Source: the human T2T-CHM13v2.0 reference genome, Homo sapiens. From it: a DNA stretch of 64,000 nucleotides. A model generated the notes under the pieces. That model was not told the DNA's origin, searched no databases, and saw nothing but the letters and a program-made list of their open reading frames with translations. Shown here in pieces: positions 17,266 to 32,712 of this stretch; position 1 is the first letter of the stretch; every line of letters starts with the position of its first letter. The stretch is from NCBI RefSeq assembly GCF_009914755.1, contig NC_060928.1; one strand, 5' to 3'. The position numbers and the translations under genes are program-made.

Positions 17266-17830
17266 CTAGAGTTGGAGAAAAAGATACCCGTTAAGGATCT
17301 GGTGAGGTAAGGTTCTGCCCGCTGGAAGCTGAGATACTGAATTGGGTGAGAACAAGAACTGAGTCAGTGTCCTTGGGAAGTGGCCGGAATCTTGGGAACA
17401 CAATCTCAATTTTCCTTACAAAGTGACCTCAGCTGACATACCTCAGGAACAAAAAGAGCAATGTTTAAATAGAACCTGAATTATCCCCCTCTCCTATTAA
17501 GAACCTGATGAGAATACATACTCATGGCCTCCTCCTCGAAAAAATCACAATTTGATGTGTAGGCCCCCCTGGGGCTGTGCAGTGACTGATCTGAGGCTGT
17601 GAAACAATGTTAACAACAGAAGATAAGGCTTGCATCTCTGCCAGATGCATTCATTATCAGAAAGAACGTAGACTCGGACATGCTACCTTCAAAACAAAAA
17701 GAGTGAGGGGCAGAGTCATACCCAATTTTATCCTGGGCTATTCCTATTAGGAAAGGATTTATCAAGATATTTTAATGCTTTAGACAGGACATCAATTAGG
17801 TACATCTTTAATTTGAAAATAATAAATTTG

Positions 17831-18132
17831 GGCTGAGCACAGTGGCCCATGTCTGTACTCCCAGCACTTTGGGAGGCCAAGGTGGGAGGATCACTTGAGG
17901 CCAGGCCAAGACTAGCCTGGACAACACAGCAAGACTCCACCTCTACAAAAGATAAAAATAAAAAATTAGCTAGGCATGGTGGCACACATCTGTGGGTCCC
18001 AGCTACTTGGGAGGCTGAAACATAAGGATTACTTAAGCCCAGAGGTCAAGGCTGAAGTGAGCCATGATTGTACCACTGCACTCCAGCCTGGGTGACAAAG
18101 TGAGACTCTGCCTCAAAAAAATAAAAATAAAT
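17831..18132 (+). mobile_element. AluJ
   Basis: Diverged Alu, TSD aataataaatttg. Confidence 0.92.
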
Positions 18133-19569
18133 AAATAATAAATTTGAAAGTATTGTTTTAATTCTTTATTATAAGCATGCCTAATAAATACACAGAAGAA
18201 CAAAGACTAATTCAATTTAAATCAGTATTTTTTCCATTCGGGAAACAGAGCACAGAACAGTGGTACTTTCATGATTCCATCTCTAACATTTAGGTAAGAA
18301 AATATCTTGTAATCCTGAAGTAAGTTCACAGTGACTGCTGTTCTCTACTAAAGTCCATCCATCCTGAATTGAATGACACTCTGAAGAATGTTACTACACA
18401 TTCCACAGCCCTCTGTGAGGAAATGGCCTTGAGTCAAAAAAGAACTGCTGGAAGAATCTATCATTCTTAAACTATGGCTCTCCCTCCCATTTATTTCTCA
18501 TAACAACAGAGCAAAACAGAAACCAAGAAACAAGATCATAACTCAGAACACTGCAGCTATTTTTTCACAATCTGCCCACTTCTTAAATAGACATGAAATA
18601 TTGTAACTAGCTATATTCAGATACTACAGGAAACAGAAAGACCAGAAGAAAAACCTCAAACATCCGGCCTTCATCTTTCCTCTACATTAAATCTACTTTT
18701 CTTCCTAACTACAAATGTCTCCTCTCAAGAAGTTAAAACTGGGCATAATGCCATGGAGAATGACCAGGTTCACACTTTTCCAGAATTAGCATTTCTCAGA
18801 TAAACACGCAACCCACATATCAGGAAAATTACCATTTATCAGAGGGGACCAATCCTAAAAGTTCTGTTAGAACACCAGAAATGATATTGATATGCAAGCA
18901 ACGCGACATATCGAGGGTTCTGTGAGTGTATATTCCTTTGGATCTTTCAGGAAACCTTTCAGCTATACTTATGGTGATAAGGTATATACTATAGTATACA
19001 GTATATATATATAGTATGGTGATAAGGTGTATCCTTTCAGTTTTACTTATGGTGACAGGTTATACTTATGGTGGAGTTGAGTCAGTGTCTTTATGGAGCT
19101 TTGCTGGAACCTAACATCTCTCTTGTTGTCCAAAGCAACAACCTCAGGAGATAACAAAAGAATCCTGGTGAGCAGAACATCAGCAGTGAAGACTGCACTT
19201 TTTGTCTCATGTATCAGTTGAAAATAAATGAATGGCACCTCTGACCTGGAACCAACTAACTCTGCACTTTAAGTGGCAGCTTGGGGCAAACTGAAGGATT
19301 TGATGTCAATTACTGTGTTTTATGGGCTATATATGCTGAAAAGATTTTCATTCTGTTTTGAAACAAAATAAAAGGACCTGGCACAAAAGTGACTATGCCC
19401 TGACACTCTGTACAAACCAAACTTGTGTGTTAACATTGTTTCAGATTTTTAACATCCCAACTTCACAGGCTAGACTGAAATCCCAAAATTTTACTTTTAG
19501 TACACTTCAATGATTTCTTATAAATTTCCCCACTTTGATATTGAATAATGATGATGATGATGGTGGTGA

Positions 19570-19785
19570 TGGCAACAGACACCTCTTAATAAACACTCAC
19601 TGTGGGCCAGGTCCTATGCTAAGCCCATTAAACGCATCAACTTGTCACCACTGGTACAACCCTACATGATAAGTATTACTATTTCCAGTTTACAGACGAA
19701 GAAACTGAGGTTCAAGGAGATTAGACAACCTGTCCAAAGTTACACAGCTAAGGGGTAAAGGGAACTTAACACCCAAGTCTGTGCT
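19570..19785 (-). mobile_element. MIR
   Basis: tttacagacgaagaaactgagg core. Confidence 0.7.
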
Positions 19786-19944
19786 CCTTCTTCACTAAAT
19801 CTTCGACTTCTTAGATGTCAAACTCTGAAAATTTTCTCTTTTTTCCTATAATCTGCCATGCTTCTACCCTTTTCCTACTTCTCTCCTACTGAGGCTGTTC
19901 AGGAATATCTCATGATGAACTCCAGCTCTAAATTCATTTGAAAA

Positions 19945-20280
19945 AATATTTACTGAGTGCTCACATTAATGCTTCATTCGGTGATTTGCAAAGGTTTCTT
20001 AGGAGCCCACTGTGTGCTAGATGCTGTGCTGGGTGCTGAGGATTCATCGGTTCACAACATTGACAAAAATGCCCCGCCCACGTGGAGCTAACATTCCAGA
20101 GAAGGCAAAAAGACAATAAAGATAGAGATAAGAAATACAGGGATGGCTCAAAGATAATAAATGCTAAAGGAAAGCAGGCTAGGGGAACGGGAAGAGAGAA
20201 TATTAGGGAAGATGTACACGTGTGTAGGACTGCAATTTTAAATGTTAGGAAAACATAATATTTGAGCAAAGACTTTCTGG
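19945..20280 (-). mobile_element. L2 fragment
   Basis: atttactgagtgc...tgtgctagatgctgtgctgggtgctgagg...gagctaacattc. Confidence 0.6.
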
Positions 20281-20287
20281 GGTATGA

Positions 20288-20396
20288 GGGTTAGTTTTAT
20301 GTGTCAACTTGGCTAGGCTATTAATTATTATTATTTAATTAAATTATTTAATCAAACACTAATCTAGCTGTTACTGTGAAGGTATTTTGTAGATGC
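20288..20396 (+). mobile_element. MLT2 LTR 5' fragment
   Basis: ttttatgtgtcaacttggctaggc...tcaaacactaatctag. Confidence 0.65.
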
Positions 20397-21299
20397 GGTC
20401 TGCTTTGAACGGCATTTCTAGCGGCCCTGGCCTTGTATTACACTGGACACTCTACTGATTACCAACTCACTCACTTTTGGGAGACTGTGGGGTTTAGGAA
20501 CTATGTTGACATACTTTATTTTGAACTGCCTTCACAAAAACTGACAAGCAGGGAGGACCGGTAATATCACCCTTATTTTACAGACAAGAAACTAAGACTC
20601 AAAGAGGGAGACTAACCTGTAAGAGATAACAGAATAAATAGCAGAGCTGGGTGTCAGGCCACCATCCTATCCTTCTTGACAATATACTGGAAAGGAATTT
20701 GCAATCACTTCTAACTGCTCACCTTCCAGCCACCATTCACTCTTCAACCATTTCAATCTGACACACCCCCTAACTCAGATGTTTTGCTTTTTTAGGGGGG
20801 TGAGGTGGGGACTGTAGTTTTCCATGAATTACATACATTAAGGGTGTCTGTCAGTCAAGCGGCGCCTTAAGGAGATGTCTCATTCCCCCAGGCTACTGTC
20901 TTCAGAACAAACACATTAACCAAAACCAGTGAAAAGAACATGATAAGAATCCCGGGCCCAAGGATTACAAAGTACACAGCTCAGAACAATCTCTAAAGGA
21001 AGCACGCAGGGTAAAATACCCAACAGCCTCCTCTACGTTCCTCTAAATTTCCCACTGAAATCCCTTAAAGAGAAAACATTCACCACTACAATAATATCCA
21101 AGATTGTCAGCCTATCCCACAGTCTGGGAGGGATTCCTACAACTCCAAGGACGATGTGACCAAGGACAACAGCCAGCAGGAACCACCTGTGCTGGGCCCC
21201 CGCAGCGAGGGGCAAACACCTCTCTCCCGGTTCAGAGAAGCAAGGTCTGTGCCCAACAAAAAACTAGACAGCCGTCTCTCTCTGTGGTGCCTGCTGCTT

Positions 21300-21555
21300 T
21301 TTTGTGAAAGAAAAACATAAGCTGTTCCCAATACCTTCCCAAGCAGCCGACAAACGAGGGCTCTTCCGCCTTAAACTTTCCCCATACTGGGCGGAGCCCC
21401 AAGCCACAGGAAACCTCCAGCAGGAAGTCGGGCTGCCAGGGCGGTGGCGGGCGCGGTGCATCCTGGGAGTTGTAGTCCGTTCTCGGAGGCGCAGGCGCAG
21501 TGGTGAAGGCGGGGAGCTGGGGGCAGCACCGCAGAGGATTGTACTTTTTCCTGAA
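21300..21555. promoter_or_regulatory. CpG-rich promoter-like element (ZNF143/SBS, NRF1, ETS, GC boxes)
   Basis: TGCATCCTGGGAGTTGTAGTC at 21457-77 (reverse complement GACTACAACTCCCAGGATGCA), GCGCAGGCGCA at 21489-99, CAGGAAGT at 21421-28, GGGCGG at 21389-94, GGCGGGG at 21508-14. CpGs are retained outside repeats here. Confidence 0.75.
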
Positions 21556-21560
21556 TGATA

Positions 21561-21882
21561 CAGTCCTCCTTCCACATCCTTGGGGAATTGGTTCCAGGAC
21601 CTGTGCTGATACCAAATCCGGAATGCTCAAGTCCCTGATATAAAATGGCGTAATATTTGCATATCGCCTACGCACATCCTCCGTGTACTTTAAATCTTCT
21701 CTGGATTATTTCTAATACCTAATGCAATGTAAATAATTGTTATACTGTGTTGTTTAGGGAATAATGGTAAGGAAAAAAGTCTGTACGTGTTCAGTACAGA
21801 TGCAATTTATTAAAGGATATTTTCGATTCCTGGTTGATTGAATCCATCGGTGGGGAACACTGTGGATACCGAGGGCCAAATG
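21561..21882 (+). mobile_element. MER2 (TcMar-Tigger), complete
   Basis: TA|cagtcctcc...ttggttccaggacc...gataccgagggccaaatg|TA. Confidence 0.88.
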
Positions 21883-22574
21883 TATGAGGGTGTCGAAAAA
21901 AAGTCAGGGGGTGCCGTTAGGAGACCTCGTTTCACAGAGGGAGGGTGATCTGATGAATGTCGGCCGCACAGGAAGACTTGGCTTGGAAACGGGTGTCGGC
22001 CTCCGTCCAGTCTCAGATCTGAAATGGACTGAGATAGCCCCCAAGTGGACAGAGTGGGGTGAAGAATAACCCACACGATCTACAAACGGGACTGTGGAAC
22101 TGTGACAAAACGTCGTAGAATCAAGGAAGGCGAGCCGACGCAGACTCAGAGAAAGAACAAACCTCAGAGTCATCTACCTTATAAATAGAACTTTTTAAAA
22201 AATTTTTGGCTTCTTCAAAAACTATCCCCCCAAAAAAAACAACAACAAAAAGCACCAACGCATATTATATATTAGGACTTGTAGGCAAATGAACGTATGG
22301 CACAGTCTGGACTCATATACATCAAAATGTTAAAATTAGTCTTCTTTGGATGAGAGTGTTGCATTTTATAAAACTTATGTGTATTTTCCTCATTGTTTAC
22401 AAAGATGAAATAATTTTTTGGTTTGAAATAAGTATAAAGAAAAACACATAGAGCAATTTTTAAACACCTTGGTATCTACGACAAAGTTTTATCATATTTA
22501 CTTCAGATCCTTCCTCCCTTCCTTCCTTCCTCCCTGTTTCTTTCTAGAAAAGAAAAGAAAACCAAAAAAATTAT

Positions 22575-22895
<321 letters not shown>

Positions 22896-23162
22896 CTAAT
22901 GAAATGGGTTGTGTGGAAGACCTGGGTGACCAAATAAAATGCATAACTGTGCAAGTCAAATGCCTGCCACCCAATCTTCATTCTTGTGGAATTTTGAAAT
23001 TGGCCAGATAGCCAGTCTCAAAAAATCTCCATCCCCGAAAAACACACACGCAAAAAACAAAAACTTTACAAGTAGTGTCCCTTATGTAGCCCTTTGTCCT
23101 CTGCAGGGAAATGCATACATACATACATAGATTCTGCAGAGTATTTATGTATATGTCTCTGT

Positions 23163-23456
23163 GTTTTTGTTTTTTGAGACAGGGTCTCACTCTGTCTCTC
23201 AGAACTGGAGTGCAATAGCACTCATGGCTCATTGCAGCCTCAACCTCCCCGGGTTAAGGTGATCCTCCCATCTCAGTCTCCCTAATAGCTGGGACTACAG
23301 GCACACACCACCATGCCTGGCTAATTTTTTGTAGTTTTGTAGAGATGGGGTTTCACCATGTTGCCCAGGCTGGTCTCCAACTTCTGGGCTCAAGCAATCT
23401 GCCTGCCTCAGCTTCCCAAATTGATGGGATTACAGGCATGAGTCACCATGACCAGC
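23163..23456 (-). mobile_element. AluJ
   Basis: Antisense diverged Alu. Confidence 0.92.
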
Positions 23457-23459
23457 TCA

Positions 23460-23840
23460 ACAAATTTTTTAAATCAAAATCATATCAAGTATCTTATCAG
23501 ACTACAATGGAGTCAAACTAGAAATCAATAAAAAGAGAAACTTCAGAAACTGTACAGATACAGGGAGCTCAAACAGCCTGCTTCAGAACAACCATTAAGA
23601 AAAAAATTCAAAAATTTCTTGAAAGAAATGAAAATATAAACAACATACAAAAACCTGTGGGATACAGCAAAAGCAATGCTAAGAGGGAAGTTTATAGCAA
23701 TAAATGCCTGCATCAAAAAAATAGAAAAGTATGTCAAATATACAACTTAATGATGCACCTCAAGGAACTAGAACAGCAAGAATAAATCACACCCAAAATT
23801 AGAAGAAGGAAAGAAATAATACATATCAGAGCAGAACTAG
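23460..23840 (+). mobile_element. L1 ORF2 fragment
   Basis: aaaacctgtgggatacagcaaaagcaatgctaagagggaagtttatagc (NLWDTAKAMLRGKFIA). Confidence 0.85.
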
Positions 23841-24518
23841 GAGGTTGAAGATTATACGGTATATATAAAGTCTTGATAAATTTTGACAAGAAGGCCTTTT
23901 TTCTTTACATCAAATAGCAGGATCTCACAAGAGAGAAAGCCTGCTACTTAAATAGAACATAGTTAAATTAGTTATTGGGACTGTGCTTTCACCTAATTAA
24001 TCAGCTCCTTTTAGGGGAGGGGAGGAATGGATTCTAGTGAGACAACCACCTGGGAATTTAAATCTACAATCAAGGAATATATAGTTGGAGCCAAAAGATG
24101 AGGTTCTTAATCAGAGAACTTAGATAAAACCCAGGAAATTCAGAGAAGGGAAAGCTGGAATTTTCTAAAAGTTAGGTATAAACAACCAAATATGGAGTCC
24201 AGCATAAAACATCTTTTTTTGTGATTTTTATTTCTTCAATTACTTAAGATTTGGCTGTTAGTAGTATTTATATTATTGATACTATATTTATACTATTATT
24301 TGGTTATTTGGATTTATTGGAGTATTATATTGATTAAGATAATAATACTACATAATAATATAATAAATAACAAATAATACTACATAAAAGATAACAAAGA
24401 AATAAAACAGTAACAGTCAATTCTCAATTATCTGTACTAAGGGAGGGGAAGGCCGAGTACAAATCATTAAGAATTATTAATCCCTCTAGTTGGGTGAAAG
24501 TTATGGCCCTTGCTTTTA

Positions 24519-24974
<456 letters not shown>

Positions 24975-25014
24975 TCAACAGCAAAGTTTAAGTCTAATAT
25001 AAATATTACTACTA

Positions 25015-25359
<345 letters not shown>

Positions 25360-26477
25360 TCAGCAAACACTTGTGAAATGTGCACTATGGAAATGGGTCG
25401 TGTGCTGAGTGCCAAAAAATTCAACTCCCAACCAGTGCAGCTCACACCTCGTGGGTGAGGCAACACTGCAGGGGGCCCTGAGAACCCTCCTATGCATGGG
25501 TTGATTTTCCCAGCCAGTGGATACTTAGAAGACAAGTATTATCTTGTTCACATTTTATTTTTAAAGGGGTCGTCTCCACACAAATGCCACGGATCACAAA
25601 AAATGAACAGGGCGTGGTCTCTGCCTTTGGGAGCACGTCATCCACTAATATATATTCTGATTATCATAATGATGCTATTTCGTAAATTAGGAATGATTTT
25701 TCAAATTTAACAAGAGGAAACCGAGGCACAAAGAGGTTAAATAATTTTATTATTTCCAGCGTAACTAAATAATCTCCCAATAACATACTAAGTCTCAGTT
25801 CTACTAACTTAAGTCTAGTTTTCCTTTCTCCCGCTGAACTATTCAATGTCTTACCTCATGGTATCTTTTTTACCCAAGAAATCAAAGCACTTTGACCACA
25901 TTACCCAATCTGTTTTTCTGTGCCTAGTTAAATTTTATCTTTTCTCAGTTCGAGTGTTTCAAAACTAATTTTGCACCGAGACATTTACTTTAGTGTGTTT
26001 TATAACAGAGTGAACTCTGCTAAAAAGATTTCCATTTAATGGACTCTCCCAGTTGACCTATTCTACCCATAACCTCAATAATATATCTGACTAGTGCCAC
26101 TGGCGCATGGAGGCTTTTCTCCAATATGCCAACTTCCTTTTTCTTCCATCAGTTGAGATGTTAGTTTTCCAGAGTTAGTTGTTGTCTTAAAACCCACTGG
26201 CACCATTTGTACTTACTGTTAACATGTAATTTAATTAAGCTGTATGCAAGACAAGGAACTATGAGTTCAAAACAAGAGACTTGCTGTTTCAATGATAATC
26301 ATTGAGTGCTTTGAGGAAAGGCAAGAAAGCTAAGTGGCTGAGAAATGCTGTTTAATTAGACTATACAAAGAATGCTTTTCAAATACATTAAAGTTTTCAA
26401 TCCACTTTAAAGAAACAGACACTGGAAAATTGGAGATGATACATATGGGGGTGATTTATGCAAGAAAGACTTCATAG

Positions 26478-26813
<336 letters not shown>

Positions 26814-27499
26814 GACTACATAGAAATGAGGTCAGCAGATCTATATAAAGAGAAAACACCTTGGCTCTACCTATAAAAGATTGATAAATGAGTGTATTTT
26901 TATTTTCAGTTACAATGTTTAACATTTGTTTCTATTTCTCAACTCTCCATTTTTACTAACTTTTGTAATTATACAACTACCTACTAATGTAAATCACATC
27001 AGTTAAGAGAGCTTCTGCTGTATTCTTTGACATAACTGAAAATAATCTTCAGGAATTTAGAAATTAGGATTGAAGTTCCCCCTGGATTAGGCAGTGAAGC
27101 TGATTACTCTATTGGATGATTTGCTTAGTTTTTGATTCTGTAGTTGACTTTGCAGAATTTTTTTCCACGGTAAATTCTAAGTTAACAAATTTTTTAAAAA
27201 TCCAATCCTACTTTTTCAAATCCTGAGACACTATCACACCTCCTTAAAAGAGCATCAGTGATAGAAATGGATTCATTAATAAACTGAGAGACCATCTGAA
27301 TTCAGATGAAACACTAGCTTTATTTCCATAATGCACCAATTATTAAATACATGAAGTTTCATTTCAAGGGCCTGAGCTTTAAACCTACTGCAGATTAGGC
27401 CATTAAGAGGGGCTGATGGGTTCCATATGCATGAAGACCCACTGAAATTGACCAAACCGAGACAGATATTAAGCAGCCAGTAAACCTCACTAGCAGTCT

Positions 27500-28190
27500 C
27501 TTAAAAATGCAAACCAAAACGGCAGCAGAAAAATGCCATGTTTTTCCTATCAGATGAACAAACTTTTAAAAGAATATAATGTTTATATTGGTTAGGATGT
27601 GGAGAAATGGATAGAGTAGAAAGGTGTATTGGTATTACTTTAAAGGGGATTTGGCATGATATTGAAATTATAAATACTCTTCAAGTTAAAAATTCTGCTT
27701 CTTGTCATTTATCCTAGAGAAACGCTTGTACATGGGCACAAAGAGTCATGTAAAAGGACATTCATTGCTTCATAACTGCAATCATGAAAGATCAAAACCA
27801 ATCTAAAAATCAGCAACAGGAGAACAATGACATAAATTGTGACTTATTTATAGCATGAAATATGTTGCAGCAGTTAAAGAGAACAAGTTAAATCTAATAT
27901 GAAAGGTTGTCAAGGACATACGATTTAGTGAGTGGGGGCGGAGTAAACTATGGCATAGAAATACATCATATGATATGGTTTATGTATGAACAAAAATATT
28001 AACGCATAAAATGCATTGAAAAGGGTCTGGAAGGATCTACCTGAAACTAGTAACAGTGTCTACCTCCAGAGGGAAAGACTGGGATTGAGGCGGTGGTCAA
28101 GATGGATTTTGCTTATCTTACTGTTTTAACTGAAAGTGGGTTCATGTATTACTCATACATTTAAAATATATATATAATAAAAAGCATTAG
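27500..28190 (+). mobile_element. Ancient L1ME-like fragment
   Basis: Degenerate L1 3' motifs (tttatcctagagaaac, ttcattgc). Confidence 0.55.
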
Positions 28191-28686
28191 GAAAAAAAGC
28201 CAAAGTTCTCAAACAGGTTAATCACAAAAGAAAAAATATAAATGGCAAAAGAAAAAGTGAGAAAAAGTTCCAAAAATATTTTTGAAGAAAATTTTTCAAG
28301 GATTATTAATAGCTCTCTCCTTGGATGATGAAACTATGAATGAATTTTTTAAACTTCTCTTTCTACTCTTCCATATTTTTAAAGTTTTCTATAGTGGAAA
28401 CACATATAAGAAATGTTTAAAAGGCTGAGAAATGGCTGGTAAATCCTAACTAGCATGTTGTCACCTTTAAATCTTACTCTGACAGACAGCATATAGTCCA
28501 TTTGGAGTATGTGGAAATTTATGATGAAAAATTCCCATGGAAAAGTGATATTTGAGGTGAGTGGCCCTGTCCTGATGTCATATGACAGACAAACACACTG
28601 ATGTGTTGGAAACCAATTCTAAAAAATTCTACATTTTAATTATTTTTCTTAAAGCCCTGATTTGTAGTGTTTGCTGATTTCCATAG

Positions 28687-29139
28687 TGTTATAATTTGAA
28701 TTGTGTCCTCAAAAAGATATGTTGAAATCTTAACTCCCAGAAGCTCAGAATGTGGCCTTATTTGGAAATAGGGTAATTGCAGATATAATTAGTTAAAATG
28801 AGGTCATACTGGAGTGGGATGGGCTCTTAATACAACTAGTGTCCTTATAAGAGGAGGAGAAGAGACACAGACAGACACACCCACCAAGAATGCCACGTGA
28901 CTCTGGAGGTGGAGATTAGAGCAACATGTCTGCAAACCAAGGAGTGGCAGGGATTGACGCCCCCATCAGAAGCTAGGAAGAGGTAAAGAAGACTTCTACC
29001 CAGGATCTCAGAGGAAACATAGCTCTGCTGACCCCGGTTCCAGATTTCTGGCCTCCAGAACTAGAAGAGAATACATTTCTATTGTTTAAAGCCACACACT
29101 TTGTGGTACTTTGCCATGGTAGCCTAGGAAACTAATACA
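28687..29139 (+). mobile_element. MLT1 (MLT1B/C-like) solo LTR
   Basis: tgtt...gaatgtggccttatttggaaatagg...ggaaactaataca, with TSD CATAG/CATGG. Confidence 0.85.
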
Positions 29140-29152
29140 CATGGTGTAAATA

Positions 29153-29948
29153 GAGGTTGAGTATCTCTATTCCGAACATCCAAAATCCAAAATGTTCCAG
29201 AATCTGAAACTTTTTGAGTGCCAACATGATACAAGTGGAAAATTTCACACCCACCCTCATGGGATGAGTCGCAGTCAAAATGCAATCAATGCACAATAGC
29301 AAACATAGAGAATCAACCTAAGTGTTGATCAGTGGAGGATTGAGTGAAGAAAATGTGATGTATACTCCATGGAATACTAGTCAGCCATAAAAAAGAATGA
29401 AATCATGTCTCTTGCAGCAGCATGGATAGAACTGGAGGCTGCTATCTTAAGTGAAATATAACAGAAACAGAAAGTCAAATATCACATGTTCTCACTTCTA
29501 AGTGCGAGCTAAATAACATGTACACATGGACATAGAGAGTGGGATAATAGACATCAGAGACTCAAAAAGGTAGGAGGGTAGGCAGGGTGAGAGACAAAGA
29601 ATCACCTATTAGGGACAACATGCACTCATCTAGTGAGGGTTTCTCTAAAAGCCCACATTTCACCACTATGCTATATAGCCATGTAAGGTAACTACAGTTG
29701 TAGCTCCCAAATCTATAAAAGTAAAAATAATTTTTAAAAAACTTGGTTTCATGCATGAAATTACTAAAAATATTGCATAAAATGACGCTTGAGTCTCTGT
29801 TTAGAAGGTGTACGTGAAACATAAAGGAATTTGTGTTTAGACATGGGTACCATCCCAAGATCTCTCATTATGCATATGCAAATATTCCAAAGTCCAAAAT
29901 CCAAAACACTTCTGGTCCCAAGCGTCTCAGATAGGGGATGCTCAACCC
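29153..29948. mobile_element. MER46A/Tigger4a-like DNA element, interrupted by an L1 3' end (~29290-29740, +)
   Basis: Inverted termini aggttgagtatc and gatgctcaacc, with aaaatccaaaat motifs. Confidence 0.7.
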
Positions 29949-30441
29949 ATCCATCTTGGCCAAGTAACATGACTCCCCTGAATGCAGGGCTGGGATCCTG
30001 CGTGCTCCTGTTCTCATGAGCCAGGGTGTTCCAGCACAGGGCAGAACGGAAGGCTGCTAATCTAAGGCATGGAGAGTTCTGAGTTTGTCCAGAGAAGAAT
30101 CTGACATAGGTTTGACTGAAAATCTTTGGTGTAGAATTATCATCAATGGACATTGTCCTATTTTGTATGCATTTTACCTTTTAAAGTCTCCATGTTGGGT
30201 TCCAGGAATACATTAACCTAATTCAGTTCCAGAGACACAAATGAGATCATGAATGCAAACCTGCCGGATGACTATTCAAATATCAATGACAACATGCAGA
30301 AATACAGTTCCAGTTGCACTGTTGAGACAAATTCCCATGTGTATGTACATGGTTTCAGCTGGGAGTTTTAAAGCCACTCAGCATTGAAATAGCCTGGATC
30401 AAGACAGACAAACACACAATGAAACTGCACACAAATAGTAG

Positions 30442-30781
<340 letters not shown>

Positions 30782-30809
30782 AATGAACCTCTCGTTTCCA
30801 TCCACCAAA

Positions 30810-31012
30810 TAGGTATTGGGCTTTGAAGTCAGTCAGACCTGGGTTCAAATTCTAGCTCTGCCACTTACAGTCTATGTAGCTTGGGACAAACTGCTTAAAC
30901 TCTAAAGCCTCAGTTTCCCCATCTGTGTAAAGGTGTTAAGAAGACTTAACTCAAAGGGCAATTATGAGGATTGACAGCGTTGACACAATACCTGGCATAT
31001 GATGAACACTCA
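30810..31012 (+). mobile_element. MIR
   Basis: gacctgggttcaaattctagctctgccactta...gcctcagtttccccatctg. Confidence 0.8.
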
Positions 31013-31701
31013 ATAGACAGTAATCAAGCTATGCTGGCCACTCCCTATGTGGAGTTTTGAATCAGGAGGCTGAGTGCAGAGTGCAGAGTCCTCTTGGCCA
31101 GGTCCGACTGCGGAGACGGCAGAGGAGTGAAGGAGGTGCTGTGTACCCCAGGTCCCAGCTGTGTGCACCTTGAACTGGGGGAACCCCCGCCTCCTTTCTG
31201 TCTGGCATGAACTCTGCTTCCTCCCAAGGAGTTTGAGGCCTGAATTCACCCATGGTTTATTCACCCCTGACCAAAGCAAACGTTCAGTGTTGAGAGGAAG
31301 CAACAAATGTGAAAGATCAAGGCAGAACACAGAGCATTTCTGAGGAAGTCTGTCGCGCCCACTGTTTTGACAGGCTCTGGAAGCCCAGCTTTGCCTAGCC
31401 CAGGGCAAGTACAGTACTCTAGGAAGTAGTACTCGGGTGGGGCTGTTGGTAGCCGGGGGTGGTCATCTGATTACCAGGGAAATGCAGAGTTTATTTTATC
31501 TAATTACCAGGGAACTGCCTGAGAGATTTCATCTGTCATAATTCTAAACAATGCTGAGGAGACTTTATCTTTACAGTTTCCAGTGTAAAGGCCAGAGGAT
31601 GCTGGTTGTTGAGAGTGGTGAGGGGGACATAAGCGTACATTATTCAGTTTTGTCTGATTTTGTATACACTTGAAAATCCCCTTAATAAAAAGCAGCACCA
31701 A

Positions 31702-32154
<453 letters not shown>

Positions 32155-32712
32155 CCAAAACAAATAATTTTAAAAGAAACAAAAATTTAAAAAACAACTA
32201 ACAACCAGGAATAACCCTCTCCTTTGAGAACCCCAATACCACCTCACAATACACATAATCATGAGAATCTGTATTAAGGGTTTCTCACCCTTAATACAGG
32301 AAGTTGCCATACAAAAGGAAGTATGCAGACGTCGCTCTGTGTCTCTTAAAGTTCCAACGTTTCCTTACTCATAAATGACAAAGAGTGCTCTTCAGATTGA
32401 CACATCAGGTTGCAGCTCTTCTCTGCTTGAAATCCCTCTGTAGCTTTTCAAGGTAGTGTCCCCTCCTTCGAAGGGAACAGCAGCTCCTTTGTGACCAGGA
32501 TCCAGCACACGTTTCGTCTCCTATTTGTACTCTCCGGCTCTTGTGTGCTGGTCTTCTCCCTCCAGCTCCAGGGAATGATGTGCGTTTTCCCGGCATTTGC
32601 CTTCTGCCTCTTTCCTGGATCCGGGCTGTTTCCACTTCCTCCCCTCCCCACTCCCACGCCCCTGCCCATCACCTACTCATCCTGCAAGTCTGACCTGAAG
32701 CCCTGCCTCTTG

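Noticed and set aside
21232-21675. 147-aa and overlapping ORFs at the CpG-rich region
   Set aside because: They start inside or at the edge of MER2, or reflect GC-rich stop-poor sequence; no recognisable protein.
24250-24410. T-rich to A-rich switch suggesting a hairpin or MITE
   Set aside because: Only ~8-bp complementary stretches in low-complexity AT sequence.
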